Shown here: piece by piece, positions 22,131-31,732 of the stretch | Layout: each line of letters starts with the position of its first letter | Numbering within the stretch: position 1 is the first letter of the stretch | DNA from: Myxococcales bacterium | Lineage (GTDB): Bacteria; Myxococcota_A; UBA9042 | NCBI GenBank assembly: GCA_037441385.1 | Contig: JBBISH010000003.1 | Coordinates: 102,045 to 166,044 of the forward strand | DNA: 64,000 nucleotides | Direction of reading: 5' to 3' | Notes under the pieces: model-generated | Told to the model about the DNA's origin: nothing | What the model saw: only the letters and a program-made list of their open reading frames with translations | Databases searched by the model: none | Made by a program: the position numbers and the translations under genes

Positions 22131-22159
22131 TTGACAGCAGCGGGCAATGACCGCACATT
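22131..22159 (+). promoter_or_regulatory. possible sigma70 promoter of lepA
   Basis: TTGACA-17nt-CACATT. Confidence 0.45.
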
Positions 22160-22204
22160 GCGCGGCGTTCCAGCCCGTCGCTGGCCCACTACCGCAGCGA
22201 GCCG

Positions 22205-24016
22205 ATGAAGGCCAACCACATCCGAAACTTCAGCATCATCGCCCACATCGACCACGGCAAGTCGACGTTGGCCGACCGCATCCTCGAGCTGACCGGCGCC
22301 GTTGAAAAGCGCGAGATGCAAGAGCAGTACCTCGATTCGATGGATATCGAGCGCGAACGCGGCATCACCATCAAATCGCAGGCGGTGCGGCTGCTCTACA
22401 CGGCCAAGGACGGGCGCGAGTACACGCTGCACCTGATCGACACCCCCGGACACGTGGATTTTCACTACGAAGTCTCGCGCTCGCTGGCGGCGTGCGAAGG
22501 GGCGCTGCTGGTGGTCGACGCCTCGCAAGGCGTGGAGGCGCAGACCCTGGCCAACGTGTATCTGGCCATCGATCAGGGCCTGGAATTGGTGCCCGTGATC
22601 AACAAGATCGACCTGCCCGCCGCCCGACCCGAAGAGGTGGTGCGCGAGATCGAAGAAGGCATCGGCATCGACGCGTCGGGCGCGGTGTACGCCTCGGGCA
22701 AGACGGGCCTCGGCATCGTCGAGGTGCTAGAAGCGGTGATTGCCCACGTGCCGCCGCCAGAAGGCGACCCGCAAGCTCCCTTGCGCGCTATGGTTTTTGA
22801 CAGCCAGTACGACAACTACCGCGGCGTGCTGGTGCAAGTGCGGGTGATCGACGGCAGCGTGAAGAAGGGCGATCGCGTCTACTTCATGGAGTCGGGCACC
22901 GAGTACGAAGTGCTGGAAGTCCGTATTCGCACACCCAAAGACGTGGTGGTCGATCAGCTGGAATTTGGCGAGTCCGGCGTGCTCGTCTGCGGCATCAAGA
23001 CGGTCCGCGACGTGCAAGTCGGCGAAACAATTACGGGCGCCAAGCGGCGCGCCGAGCATCCGCTCAAGGGCTTCAAGAAGATCCAGCAGATGGTGTTCTC
23101 GGGCATTTTCCCGGTTGAGTCGCACGACTACGAAAAGCTCCGCGACGCCATCGAAAAGTTGGCCCTGAACGACTCGGCGTTCTCGTGGGAGCCCGAGACC
23201 AGCTCGGCGCTGGGGTTCGGTTTCCGCTGTGGTTTCTTGGGGATGCTGCACATGGAGGTGTTCCAGGAGCGGCTCGAGCGCGAGTTCGACGTCGACCTGA
23301 TCACCACCGCGCCCAGCGTGGTTTACCATGTCTACAAGAACGACAAGACCATGCTGGAAATCAGCAATCCCGGCGATCTGCCACCGACCGGCGACATCGA
23401 CCGCATCGAAGAGCCGATCGTGCGGGCGACCATCCACACGCCGACCGAGCACATCGGGCCGATCGTCAAGCTCTGCACCGATCGCCGCGGCCAGCAAAAG
23501 GATATGCGCTACATCTCGCAGAACCGCGTGATGCTGGAGTACGAGATCCCGCTGGCCGAGATCGTGTTCGACTTCTTTGACAAGCTGAAGACGGCGACGC
23601 GCGGCTACGCCAGCTTGGATTACGAATTCAAGCAGTTCCGCGCCGACGACCTGGTCAAGCTCGACGTGCTGCTGCACAGCGACATCGTCGACGCGCTGAG
23701 CGTGATCGTCCACCGCGAAAAGGCGTACGAGAAGGGCAAGGCCCTGGTGCACCGGCTGCGCAAGGTCATCCCGCGCCAACAGTTCGACGTGGCCGTGCAG
23801 GCCGCCGTGGGCGCGCGCATCATCTCGCGCGAGACCGTCAAAGCCATGCGCAAAGACGTGACCGCCAAGTGTTACGGCGGCGACATTTCGCGCAAGCGCA
23901 AGCTGCTCGAGCGCCAGAAAGAGGGCAAGAAGCGCATGAAGATGGTCGGCACCGTCGACGTGCCGCAAGAGGCCTTCTTGGCGGTGCTGTCGAGCGACGG
24001 CGACGACGACGATTAG
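22205..24016 (+). CDS. lepA: elongation factor 4
   Basis: [39 protein letters not shown]. Confidence 0.98.
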   Translation: MKANHIRNFSIIAHIDHGKSTLADRILELTGAVEKREMQEQYLDSMDIERERGITIKSQAVRLLYTAKDGREYTLHLIDTPGHVDFHYEVSRSLAACEGALLVVDASQGVEAQTLANVYLAIDQGLELVPVINKIDLPAARPEEVVREIEEGIGIDASGAVYASGKTGLGIVEVLEAVIAHVPPPEGDPQAPLRAMVFDSQYDNYRGVLVQVRVIDGSVKKGDRVYFMESGTEYEVLEVRIRTPKDVVVDQLEFGESGVLVCGIKTVRDVQVGETITGAKRRAEHPLKGFKKIQQMVFSGIFPVESHDYEKLRDAIEKLALNDSAFSWEPETSSALGFGFRCGFLGMLHMEVFQERLEREFDVDLITTAPSVVYHVYKNDKTMLEISNPGDLPPTGDIDRIEEPIVRATIHTPTEHIGPIVKLCTDRRGQQKDMRYISQNRVMLEYEIPLAEIVFDFFDKLKTATRGYASLDYEFKQFRADDLVKLDVLLHSDIVDALSVIVHREKAYEKGKALVHRLRKVIPRQQFDVAVQAAVGARIISRETVKAMRKDVTAKCYGGDISRKRKLLERQKEGKKRMKMVGTVDVPQEAFLAVLSSDGDDDD

Positions 24017-24034
24017 CCGTCAATCGGCCGTGAA

Positions 24035-24841
24035 CTAAGACTTCTTGCGGGTGCGCTTGGTCGGCTTGCCGTCGTCGTCATCGTCGCCACCCGGCTTGAT
24101 CACCTGCCGATAGGCGGCGGCCGCGGCGGCCAGCGCTTGATCGTAGCCCAGCGCTCCAAAGCCTGGGCCGACCCGCAGCTGGGCAACGCCCTGCCAATCC
24201 CCTTCGCCAATCGCCGACTTGAGCGGATCGCTGGTGGCGATGACCTGAGCCACCGCGTCGAGCTGGGCGGTCGGGTTGCCGGTCAGCGCCTGCATCATCG
24301 CCTGCGCGTTGGGGAATCCGGCGGACTCGGCTTCGCTGCCACTGACCTGGGCAATGCCCATGCGCAGCGACCGATAGGCCGCCTCGCCGTCCAAAGCTTT
24401 GGCCTGCTCAAAAACGCGCTGCTCGGCCTGCTGGTCGCGGTGGGTGGCCGCCAGCCAGCGCCCCGTCTCGCGGAAAAACGCGTACGGCTCGAAACGAATC
24501 GCCAGCGCCTCTTGGCCCGTCGCCTTGGGCAGGTACTGCCCCTCAGCGAGCACGACAGCCGCCAAATTCTCGCCCGGGACGCCCAGCTTGCCCGCTGCCG
24601 TGCGGATCTGTTCGCCGTGCTGAGCGGCCAGAGTCTGGGCCGACTGGTACAGCTCGCTGGCCGGGGCGGCGGGTGCTACGGCCGGTTGCGACCCCGAGGT
24701 GCCCGGCGATCGCGCGGCGGCCGCGCCTTGGTAGCGGTGACCGGCAGCGGCGTCCGGGGCCGCGCGCCCCACGGCGGCCGTCTTGCCCGTACTGGGCGCG
24801 GGGCGAGAGTTCTGCTGCTGCTTGGGCGCTTCGTGCTTCAT
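24035..24841 (-). CDS. N-acetylmuramidase (DUF3380)-like protein with disordered N-terminus
   Basis: AVVLAE, IRFEPYAF and SLRMGIAQVSG resemble the AVxxVES / ILFERH / SWGxFQIMG motifs. Confidence 0.6.
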   Translation of the reverse strand: MKHEAPKQQQNSRPAPSTGKTAAVGRAAPDAAAGHRYQGAAAARSPGTSGSQPAVAPAAPASELYQSAQTLAAQHGEQIRTAAGKLGVPGENLAAVVLAEGQYLPKATGQEALAIRFEPYAFFRETGRWLAATHRDQQAEQRVFEQAKALDGEAAYRSLRMGIAQVSGSEAESAGFPNAQAMMQALTGNPTAQLDAVAQVIATSDPLKSAIGEGDWQGVAQLRVGPGFGALGYDQALAAAAAAYRQVIKPGGDDDDDGKPTKRTRKKS

Positions 24842-25017
24842 GCTCACCGCGGCGGGGCCGTTCAAGCGTTTTGCCACGGCTCGGCCGCATTCGCAAACCT
24901 TTGGCGGCAAGGCCCCGCGGTTTGACCTTTTGGCCTGGGCCGGTGTCCAATCGCCAGGAGCGTTCCATGTCGGTGTCGTCCAACTCGCTTGCTCATCTCC
25001 CGTTGCCGCAGGTACCG

Positions 25018-25629
25018 ATGGCCGCTGCGCAGGACGATCCCCAGCAAGATGACACCCGGCTGCTCGAGCGGGTGGTTCAAGGCGATCGGCAGGCTTTTGC
25101 CGTGCTGGTGCGGCGCCATCAGCGCACGGTGTTCCACATTGCGTGGCGCTATCTTCACGACGACGAAGATGCCCGCGACGTGACCCAGGCCGCCTTCGTC
25201 AAGGCCTGGCAGAATTGCGCAAGTTTCCGTGGCGAATCGACTTTTCGCACCTGGCTCGTGCAGATCGCCATCCACCTGGCGCTGAACTTCCGCCGCGATC
25301 GCAGCCGCCACCAACAAGACCCGCTGGACGACGACAAGCGCGCCCTGCCCGACCCGCACGCCCAGCACCCCACGGACCGCATCGCCCACGCCGAGACGGC
25401 CGAACAGCTGCGGCAGGCGGTGGCGGCCCTGCCGGCCAAACAGCGTATGGTCGTGGAATTGCGCGTCCATGAAGGACTTTCGTTCAAGGAAGTGGCCGAG
25501 ATCGCCGACTGCAGCGAGGACTCGGCCAAGGCCAATTTTCACTACGCCCTGAAGCGTTTGCGCAGTTGGCTCGCCACTGTGCCCAATTCCAAACCCGATG
25601 GGCCGCAGGCCAAGCCAGACGTGCCGTAA
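25018..25629 (+). CDS. ECF sigma-70 factor (alternative start 24967)
   Basis: DARDVTQAAF, FRGESTFRTWL, region 4 GLSFKEVAE. Confidence 0.92.
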   Translation: MAAAQDDPQQDDTRLLERVVQGDRQAFAVLVRRHQRTVFHIAWRYLHDDEDARDVTQAAFVKAWQNCASFRGESTFRTWLVQIAIHLALNFRRDRSRHQQDPLDDDKRALPDPHAQHPTDRIAHAETAEQLRQAVAALPAKQRMVVELRVHEGLSFKEVAEIADCSEDSAKANFHYALKRLRSWLATVPNSKPDGPQAKPDVP

Positions 25630-25656
25630 GAGCAGGCGCACGCGCCGGAGGATACG

Positions 25657-26298
25657 ATGCAACCCCTGGACCCCCCAAACGATCCTGCCGTGCGCCGCGC
25701 GCAGCTGCAGCTGATCGCCGGCGGCAAGCCGGATCGCTGCCAAGAGCTGTCGAGCGATCTGGCGCTGTGGGCCGACGACGCCCTGGACGATGCCCAGGCC
25801 CAGCAAGTGGCGGATCATGTGCGCGTTTGCCGTGCCTGTGCCGCCGAGTCGCGGGCGCTGCGCGAGACGCTGGCCCTGCTGCGCGATGCCGACGAGCAGA
25901 GCCGGCCGGCACGCACCCCTGGATTTTGGCTCGCATTGGAGGCTTCGGTACTGGCTGAAGTCGACCGGCAACCCCGCGTTCGGCCGTGGTGGAGGCGCTC
26001 GGCCCTGCGCTTGGGACTAGCTACGGCGCTCGCGGCAGCAGTGCTGGGCGCCGTGGCAGTCCCGGTCGCGCAGTGGTTGGCGCAGGCCCCGGCAGAGGCG
26101 GAGGCTGCCGGCGACCCGGTGGCGGTGTTTGGCACGGCTAGCGAGGCGGTGACCGAAGATCGGAATTTTGTCGACGATTTGGCAGCGACCGACGACGATC
26201 CCTTGGGCACCGTAGACGAATTGGACGACCTAGACGACGTCGACCTGGACGCGTTGGGCAATGCCATGGACGACCCCAGCAACGGTCAGGGGGCATAG
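25657..26298 (+). CDS. zf-HC2 membrane anti-sigma factor
   Basis: HVRVCRAC, single TM helix, acidic C-terminus. Confidence 0.85.
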   Translation: MQPLDPPNDPAVRRAQLQLIAGGKPDRCQELSSDLALWADDALDDAQAQQVADHVRVCRACAAESRALRETLALLRDADEQSRPARTPGFWLALEASVLAEVDRQPRVRPWWRRSALRLGLATALAAAVLGAVAVPVAQWLAQAPAEAEAAGDPVAVFGTASEAVTEDRNFVDDLAATDDDPLGTVDELDDLDDVDLDALGNAMDDPSNGQGA

Positions 26299-26301
26299 TT
26301 C

Positions 26302-26949
26302 ATGGTGCATCTTCTTGCCAAGCGTGGGCCGGGGCAGGTCGTCAAGGCGGTCCTGACGGCAGCGCTACTCGCTGGCGCGGCCGTAGCACTGGCCCCCAGC
26401 CACAGCCATGCCGACGCACTGCCGCCGCGGGCCCCCGTGGGGCGACCGGTCGCGCCGCCGCCGCAAGCCGGCAAGCTGGCGCCAAGCAAGCCGGCCAAGC
26501 CGCCGGTCAAGGTCGACCCCAAGCAGCGCGAAGCGGCCAAGCAGAAGCTGCTGCAGAGCATTCGCGCCATGCGCGCCAAAGAGCTGGCCGAAGTGCTAAA
26601 GCCAGACATGGCCGCGGTGGCCAAGGTGGTCGAGTTGTCGTCGGGGTTCGAGGATCAGCTGGTGGCGGCGCGCCAGGAGCTGCGGCAAAAGCGCGGCGCG
26701 ATCGACACATTGCTGGCCCAGCCCAAGCCGGACGACCCGGCGCTCAACCGGGCCGTGGATGCCCTGATGGCGCAGCGCAAGAAGCTGGAAGATATCGAGG
26801 CTGAGCGCACCGCGGCGATGCGCAAGGCGCTAACCCCCAACCAGTTTGCTCGGGTGGTGGTGGCGTGGCCGCGGATCAATCGGCGCATCCAAGAGCAGCT
26901 CTACCGCGCGCTGCTGTCGTCCAAGCCTGGCGCGGTCGACGTGGAGTAG
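26302..26949 (+). CDS. periplasmic Spy/CpxP/heavy-metal-sensor-like helical protein
   Basis: Signal peptide, helical, LTPNQ motif; third gene of the ECF operon. Confidence 0.7.
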   Translation: MVHLLAKRGPGQVVKAVLTAALLAGAAVALAPSHSHADALPPRAPVGRPVAPPPQAGKLAPSKPAKPPVKVDPKQREAAKQKLLQSIRAMRAKELAEVLKPDMAAVAKVVELSSGFEDQLVAARQELRQKRGAIDTLLAQPKPDDPALNRAVDALMAQRKKLEDIEAERTAAMRKALTPNQFARVVVAWPRINRRIQEQLYRALLSSKPGAVDVE

Positions 26950-26972
26950 CCCGCAGGGCGCTGGAGGGCAAC

Positions 26973-27114
26973 ATGACACCAATTCCGTCCGAATCGGATC
27001 GAGAACTCGGGCAATTCTTCGGGCCCGAACCGGGGTCCCCGCCTGATTCTCGCCAGTTGCAGAACGGGTCAGAATAGCCGTACAGGCGCGAATCAGGTGG
27101 GGTGCGTATGACAC
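26973..27114 (+). mobile_element. ~135-bp dispersed structured element, copy 1 (includes ATGACAC direct repeats)
   Basis: Near-identical to 40915-41057 and 47058-47198 (reverse) and to 37741-37831. Confidence 0.8.
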
Positions 27115-27641
27115 TGGCGCTGGCGCTCTTGGCAATGGTTGGCCTGGGTGCCGTTGAATCGCCCGGCGGGCCAAGTTTCCGCCTCTATTCCAATGCGTTT
27201 GCCTATGGCGAGGCGATCCCCAAAGCGCACACCTGCCAAGCGCGCGACACCTCGCCGGCGCTGAATTGGAGCGGTGCGCCGGCCGGCACCAAGTCGTTTG
27301 CGCTGATCGTCGACGACCCCGATGCCCCAGATCCTGCTGCGCCCAAGCTGACTTGGGTGCACTGGGTCCTGTACAATATTCCGCCCAGCCGCACCGCCCT
27401 GCCCGAGGCCTTGGGCGTGCCCCCAGCGCCGATCCGCGCCGGCCTGAACGACTGGAAGAAGCCAGTGTGGGGTGGACCGTGCCCGCCCGTAGGCAAGCAT
27501 CGCTACTTCTTCAAGCTCTACGCGCTGGACACGACGCTGGAACTGCCGGGTACGCCGGGCAAGCCCGAGCTGGAGCAGGCCATGCGCGGGCATATCCTGG
27601 GCCAGGCCGAGCTGGTGGGCACCTACCAAAAGCAGAAGTAG
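27108..27641 (+). CDS. YbhB/YbcL (PEBP/Raf-kinase-inhibitor-like) protein with signal peptide
   Basis: SPALNW, DDPDAP, WVHWVLYNIP, GPCPP, HRYFF. Confidence 0.92.
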   Translation: MTLALALLAMVGLGAVESPGGPSFRLYSNAFAYGEAIPKAHTCQARDTSPALNWSGAPAGTKSFALIVDDPDAPDPAAPKLTWVHWVLYNIPPSRTALPEALGVPPAPIRAGLNDWKKPVWGGPCPPVGKHRYFFKLYALDTTLELPGTPGKPELEQAMRGHILGQAELVGTYQKQK

Positions 27642-27644
27642 CGC

Positions 27645-28898
27645 CTATTTGCGCAAATCCGCGGCGCGGGCGTGCCCTTCCAGGCCTTCGAGCCGCGCCA
27701 GCAGCGCTGCGACCTGGGCCAAAGGCCTAGAAGCGCCGTCCTGCGACCGCTGCGTGGTCAGGACCCGCATGAACGTCTGCACGCCCAGCCCCCCGGTGTA
27801 GCGACTCGCGCCCGCCGTGGGCAGCACGTGACTGGGACCGGCGCAATAGTCGCCCAGCACCTCGGCCGCGTCGCCGCCGACAAAGAGGCCGCCAAAGGCC
27901 GTGCACTGCGCCGCCAGCGCCTGCGCATCGCGGGTATGCACCTCCAGGTGCTCGGGGCTGCGCTGGTTGGCGGCGGCGGCCATGGCGGCGCGATCGGCCA
28001 CGACGACCACCAGTCCGTGCCGCTCTAGGCTCTGACGCGCGACGTCGCCCGTGGGCAGGTGGGCCAACTGCCGCGCCACTTCCGTCAAGAGCGCTTCGGC
28101 CGCGCCGCGGTGATCCGTGACGGCCAGCGCGTGGGCATCGACGTCGTGCTCGGCTTGGGCAAGCAAGTCGGCCGCCACCCTGGACAAATCGGCCGAATCG
28201 TCAAAGAGGACCATAACTTCAGACGGTCCGGCCAGGGCATCAATGCCAACTTGTCCGTACACCTGGCGCTTGGCCTCCGTCACCCAGGCGTTGCCGGGCC
28301 CGACGATCATGTCGACGGGAGCAATCTCGGTCGTGCCATAGGCCGCCGCACCCACGGCCTGGACCCCGCCCACCGGGTGCACGGCTTCGGCTCCCGCCAG
28401 CCACGCCGCAGCCAGAATGTGGCGATCGGGCAATCCCTCGCGGCCCGGCGGCGTCAGCACCACCACACGCCCCACACCGGCGGCGCGGGCCGGCAGCGCG
28501 GTCATCAGCACCGTGGAAGGCAGCGGATAGCGCCCGCCCGGCACGTAGCAGGCCACCGACGCCACGGGCTCCAGGCGCTGGCCCACCCACACGCCCGGCT
28601 CGATCTCGAACTCGAACGCCTGCATGGCCGCGCGCTGGGCCTTGGCAAAGCGCTCGATGTTGTCCGCAGCCCGCTTGAGCGCCTGCTGGGTCTGCGGCGA
28701 CAGGCTGTGCCAGGCGCCGGCAAGCACGTCGCGGTCCAGGGTCCAGCGCGGCGGCAAGACGCGGTCAAAGCGGCGGGTGTGGTCGATCAGCGCCGCCGTG
28801 CCGCGCTCGCGCACGTCGGCCAGAATATGGGCCACAGAGATCGGGTCCACGCTGCCCAAGTGAAACGGTTGGGGGGCAAGGGAATCGAGCAAGCGCAT
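27645..28898 (-). CDS. hisD: histidinol dehydrogenase
   Basis: YVPGG, GPGNAWVTEAK, AGPSE, AQAEHD, PEHL, GDYCAGPSHVLPT. Confidence 0.93.
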   Translation of the reverse strand: MRLLDSLAPQPFHLGSVDPISVAHILADVRERGTAALIDHTRRFDRVLPPRWTLDRDVLAGAWHSLSPQTQQALKRAADNIERFAKAQRAAMQAFEFEIEPGVWVGQRLEPVASVACYVPGGRYPLPSTVLMTALPARAAGVGRVVVLTPPGREGLPDRHILAAAWLAGAEAVHPVGGVQAVGAAAYGTTEIAPVDMIVGPGNAWVTEAKRQVYGQVGIDALAGPSEVMVLFDDSADLSRVAADLLAQAEHDVDAHALAVTDHRGAAEALLTEVARQLAHLPTGDVARQSLERHGLVVVVADRAAMAAAANQRSPEHLEVHTRDAQALAAQCTAFGGLFVGGDAAEVLGDYCAGPSHVLPTAGASRYTGGLGVQTFMRVLTTQRSQDGASRPLAQVAALLARLEGLEGHARAADLRK

Positions 28899-29030
28899 GG
28901 GGAACCTCCGGCGCCGCTATTCTCGGCCAACTGCGGCGGCCTGCATAGGGTCCCCGGCGGCGCTGGTGATTGACAACGGCGGCCTACTTCGAAAAAACGC
29001 CGGGGCGGGCTGTTCCCGCAGGACCCAGCC

Positions 29031-29579
29031 ATGCCGCAGCCCTGGATCGAGCGCAGCCGCGCCATGATCGCGCAAACCCGCGTGTTTACTGTGTGGTCAG
29101 CCGAGCGGCAGTCGCCGCGCACCGGCACGCTGCATGCCTTTGGCCTGATCGACTGCCCGGATTGGGTCAACGTGATCCCGCTGACGGACGACGGCCAGCT
29201 CGTCATGATCGAACAGTACCGCCACGGCACCCAGGCCGTCACCCTGGAAGTGCCTGGCGGCATGGTCGATCCGGGCGAGACGCCGATCCAAGCGGCCGAA
29301 CGCGAGCTGCTCGAAGAGACAGGCTATCGCTGCCGGGCGATCCTGCCGCTGGGCGCGGTCCATCCCAATCCGGCGCTGCAACCCAACCGCTGCCATTGCT
29401 TTGTGGCCGTGGGCTGCCAGCCCCTCCGCGAGCCGCATTTCGATTCTACCGAGGATTGCCGGCTCAAAGTCATTGCCGCCGATCAGGCTGGGCGGCTCGT
29501 GCTGGACGGCACGATCACTCACGCCCTGGTGATCACAGCGTTTTCCTACGCGTGGCTGCAGGGCTATCTGCCGCGCTAG
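29031..29579 (+). CDS. NUDIX hydrolase (ADP-ribose pyrophosphatase-like)
   Basis: GMVDPGETPIQAAERELLEETGY Nudix box. Confidence 0.92.
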   Translation: MPQPWIERSRAMIAQTRVFTVWSAERQSPRTGTLHAFGLIDCPDWVNVIPLTDDGQLVMIEQYRHGTQAVTLEVPGGMVDPGETPIQAAERELLEETGYRCRAILPLGAVHPNPALQPNRCHCFVAVGCQPLREPHFDSTEDCRLKVIAADQAGRLVLDGTITHALVITAFSYAWLQGYLPR

Positions 29580-29932
29580 CGCTGCTGTTCTTCGCGCTGC
29601 AAGGCCGCGGCCAAGCGGCGGCGCTGATCAGGGAACAAGTGCTTGAAGCGAATCGCCCAGGCCAGCTCGGCGGCCGGCGACGGCCCGACCACTTCGCCCA
29701 GCGCGTGCACGGGCTCACCCTCGTCCACGTCAAGATCCAGCCAGACATAGCGACCGAGCACCGCCGACGGCGCCTCGGCCAAACTCAGGCCCTGCAGGTC
29801 CAGGTTGCTGGCCGTGGTCACACAGTCCGGCTCGTCCTGGACGCGCTGGCGGTGCAGGCCCACCCGGTAGGCGTGGGTCGCTGCGGGGCTCGAGCTGTGG
29901 CGCGCGACTGCGGATTGGCTCTCGGTCTGCAT
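29576..29932 (-). CDS. PilZ-like domain protein
   Basis: NLDLQGLSL, GEVV, AIRF pattern; RxxxR motif unclear. Confidence 0.55.
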   Translation of the reverse strand: MQTESQSAVARHSSSPAATHAYRVGLHRQRVQDEPDCVTTASNLDLQGLSLAEAPSAVLGRYVWLDLDVDEGEPVHALGEVVGPSPAAELAWAIRFKHLFPDQRRRLAAALQREEQQR

Positions 29933-30016
29933 GGGGTCCTGCGCTGCCAAAAGGGGCAGGCCCCGATGGTCGCCGGAACCGCGGCGCCGTCAAAAAATCC
30001 GCCCACGCGGTGGCGG

Positions 30017-31111
30017 TCAATGCGCGCGCGCCTTGCCAATCTCGTCGTACTCGGCGGCGTACATGGCCAAGTTGTTCCGCACGATCTGCAGGTTCTGGGC
30101 GTTGGTGGGCCGGCCGTGGACCTCGTCCAGGCGGACCATCTGCCGCTCGACTTCGCCCAGCCGGTCCAAGATCCCACACAGCCGCTCCAAGTCGCGGGTC
30201 GCGCGGGCCTTGCCGGCAAAATGCTCGCCGTAGGCTTCGAATTCGGCATTGGCCGCGGTGGCCAGATCGCTCTCGAGCGACGCGGCGCTGGCCTTCTGAC
30301 GCTCGGCGCGAATCGCCGCCAACTCGCTTTGCCAGGCCGCCAGCCGCGGCTCTACGATGCCGATGTTCTGGTCATTGCTGGGCTCGGCCAGGCCCTGAAG
30401 CTTGAGCGCCACCATCCGGTCGTGCACGTTCTGCAGCGCCGCGATCAGCCGCACGAGCAGCTCGGGCCGCCGCGACACGCGGGGCTGATTGGCAAAGCAG
30501 CGGCTGTACTGGGCAAACAGGGTGTTGGCCACGCCGCCCAGGGCCGACGCTTGGTCGCTCGCCACACCATCGTTTTGGACCTTCTGGACCTCTTGGCGCT
30601 CTTTGGTGAACTGCTCGATGCGCCCATCTACCACGGCCAGGTCGCTGCGCACCGCCTCCAGATCGGGCCGCTGGGCCAGCAGCGTCGCCATGGTGCCGCG
30701 AATCGCCTTGAGTTCATCAATCATGTCGGTGAGCAGGCTGGCGTCGCGGCTGGCGCGGCTCTGCCCGGCAAAGTGGCGCGCATACACATGGAAGACCTGA
30801 TTGGCCCGCGAGCCCAGTTTGCCAGCCTCTGTGGACTGCGGGCCCTGGCGCTTGGCCTGGTCGATCAGTGTGCGCTCGCTGCGATACAGTTCGAGCTGCC
30901 GCTCGGCTTGCGCAACCACCGCGGCACCTTCGGCCGACTCGGCTTTGGCCGTGCGAAGTTGACCGGCCAGGTCCTGGCACGACGCGATCAAGTCGTCCAG
31001 CAGGTCCAGGTTGCGCGTGGCCCGCGCTTGTCCGGCGAAATTGGCGCCGTAGCGCTGGTCGATCTGATCAAGTTGCTTTTTGATTTTGCTTGCTTGCGTA
31101 TCTTGCGTCAT
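30017..31111 (-). CDS. all-helical protein with four internal repeats
   Basis: YxxxFAxxxRxxR motif occurs four times. Confidence 0.8.
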   Translation of the reverse strand: MTQDTQASKIKKQLDQIDQRYGANFAGQARATRNLDLLDDLIASCQDLAGQLRTAKAESAEGAAVVAQAERQLELYRSERTLIDQAKRQGPQSTEAGKLGSRANQVFHVYARHFAGQSRASRDASLLTDMIDELKAIRGTMATLLAQRPDLEAVRSDLAVVDGRIEQFTKERQEVQKVQNDGVASDQASALGGVANTLFAQYSRCFANQPRVSRRPELLVRLIAALQNVHDRMVALKLQGLAEPSNDQNIGIVEPRLAAWQSELAAIRAERQKASAASLESDLATAANAEFEAYGEHFAGKARATRDLERLCGILDRLGEVERQMVRLDEVHGRPTNAQNLQIVRNNLAMYAAEYDEIGKARAH

Positions 31112-31225
31112 CAGGCGCTGTGGTCCATGCGCCGCGTCAGGCGGCAGGCTCAACAGCAAAGCACGCAGGGGCCGCCGCGCAAGTCGGAATTTCGGACGGC
31201 AGCGGCGGTGGGGCCAGGCGAGGTA

Positions 31226-31492
31226 CTACTGCGGATCGTCAGCCAATTCCGTCGTGGCCTGCACCTGCGCGTCGCCGTACGCCGTGATCAGAGCCTCGGC
31301 GCGCTCGGCATCCAGGATCGGCACCACCACGCCCGTGCCGTGGGCAAAGGCCAGCGCCGGATCCAGACCGCCCAGGTCGTCTTCGTCGATCAGTTGGGCA
31401 TCGATGCCGTTGCTGCGCAGCCACTGCAAAATCGGTTCCGCATCCATAGGGTTATCTGCGTATAGGACCTTGCGTTCGTCAGAGAACACCAT
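31226..31492 (-). CDS. DUF2007-like small protein
   Basis: GGAGG RBS; AEPILQWLRSNGIDA...VVVP..DAERAEAL. Confidence 0.7.
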   Translation of the reverse strand: MVFSDERKVLYADNPMDAEPILQWLRSNGIDAQLIDEDDLGGLDPALAFAHGTGVVVPILDAERAEALITAYGDAQVQATTELADDPQ

Positions 31493-31600
31493 GACGACCT
31501 CCCCGCGCGACCCTGGTCCAGGGCCATGGCCGGGCCCGCGACAAATGTTCAGCGGCCTCGGTACGAACAAGTTAGGTCGGCAGCGGTGGTCGGCAAGTTA

Positions 31601-31732
31601 GGGCCTGTGTAGGAATAACTCGATCGTTCGCGTGCGCTCGGAGCGGGGCGACGCCCAGCAGGGTCGCGCACTTGCGACCCACCCAGCAGTGGGAAAGGGT
31701 CCGCCAAGATCGACTAGATTTTGCACGGGCCC
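31601..31732. mobile_element. putative MITE with imperfect terminal inverted repeats
   Basis: GGGCCTGTGTA...TGCACGGGCCC flanked by TTA/TCA; internal GGGTCGC...GCGACCC hairpin. Confidence 0.55.

Noticed and set aside
27645..28898. HpsN (sulfopropanediol dehydrogenase) instead of HisD
   Set aside because: The GDYxAG motif is HisD-type and no sulfonate genes are nearby
28970..31465. 831-aa + strand ORF
   Set aside because: Out of frame with the NUDIX gene and antisense to three credible genes; high-GC artefact
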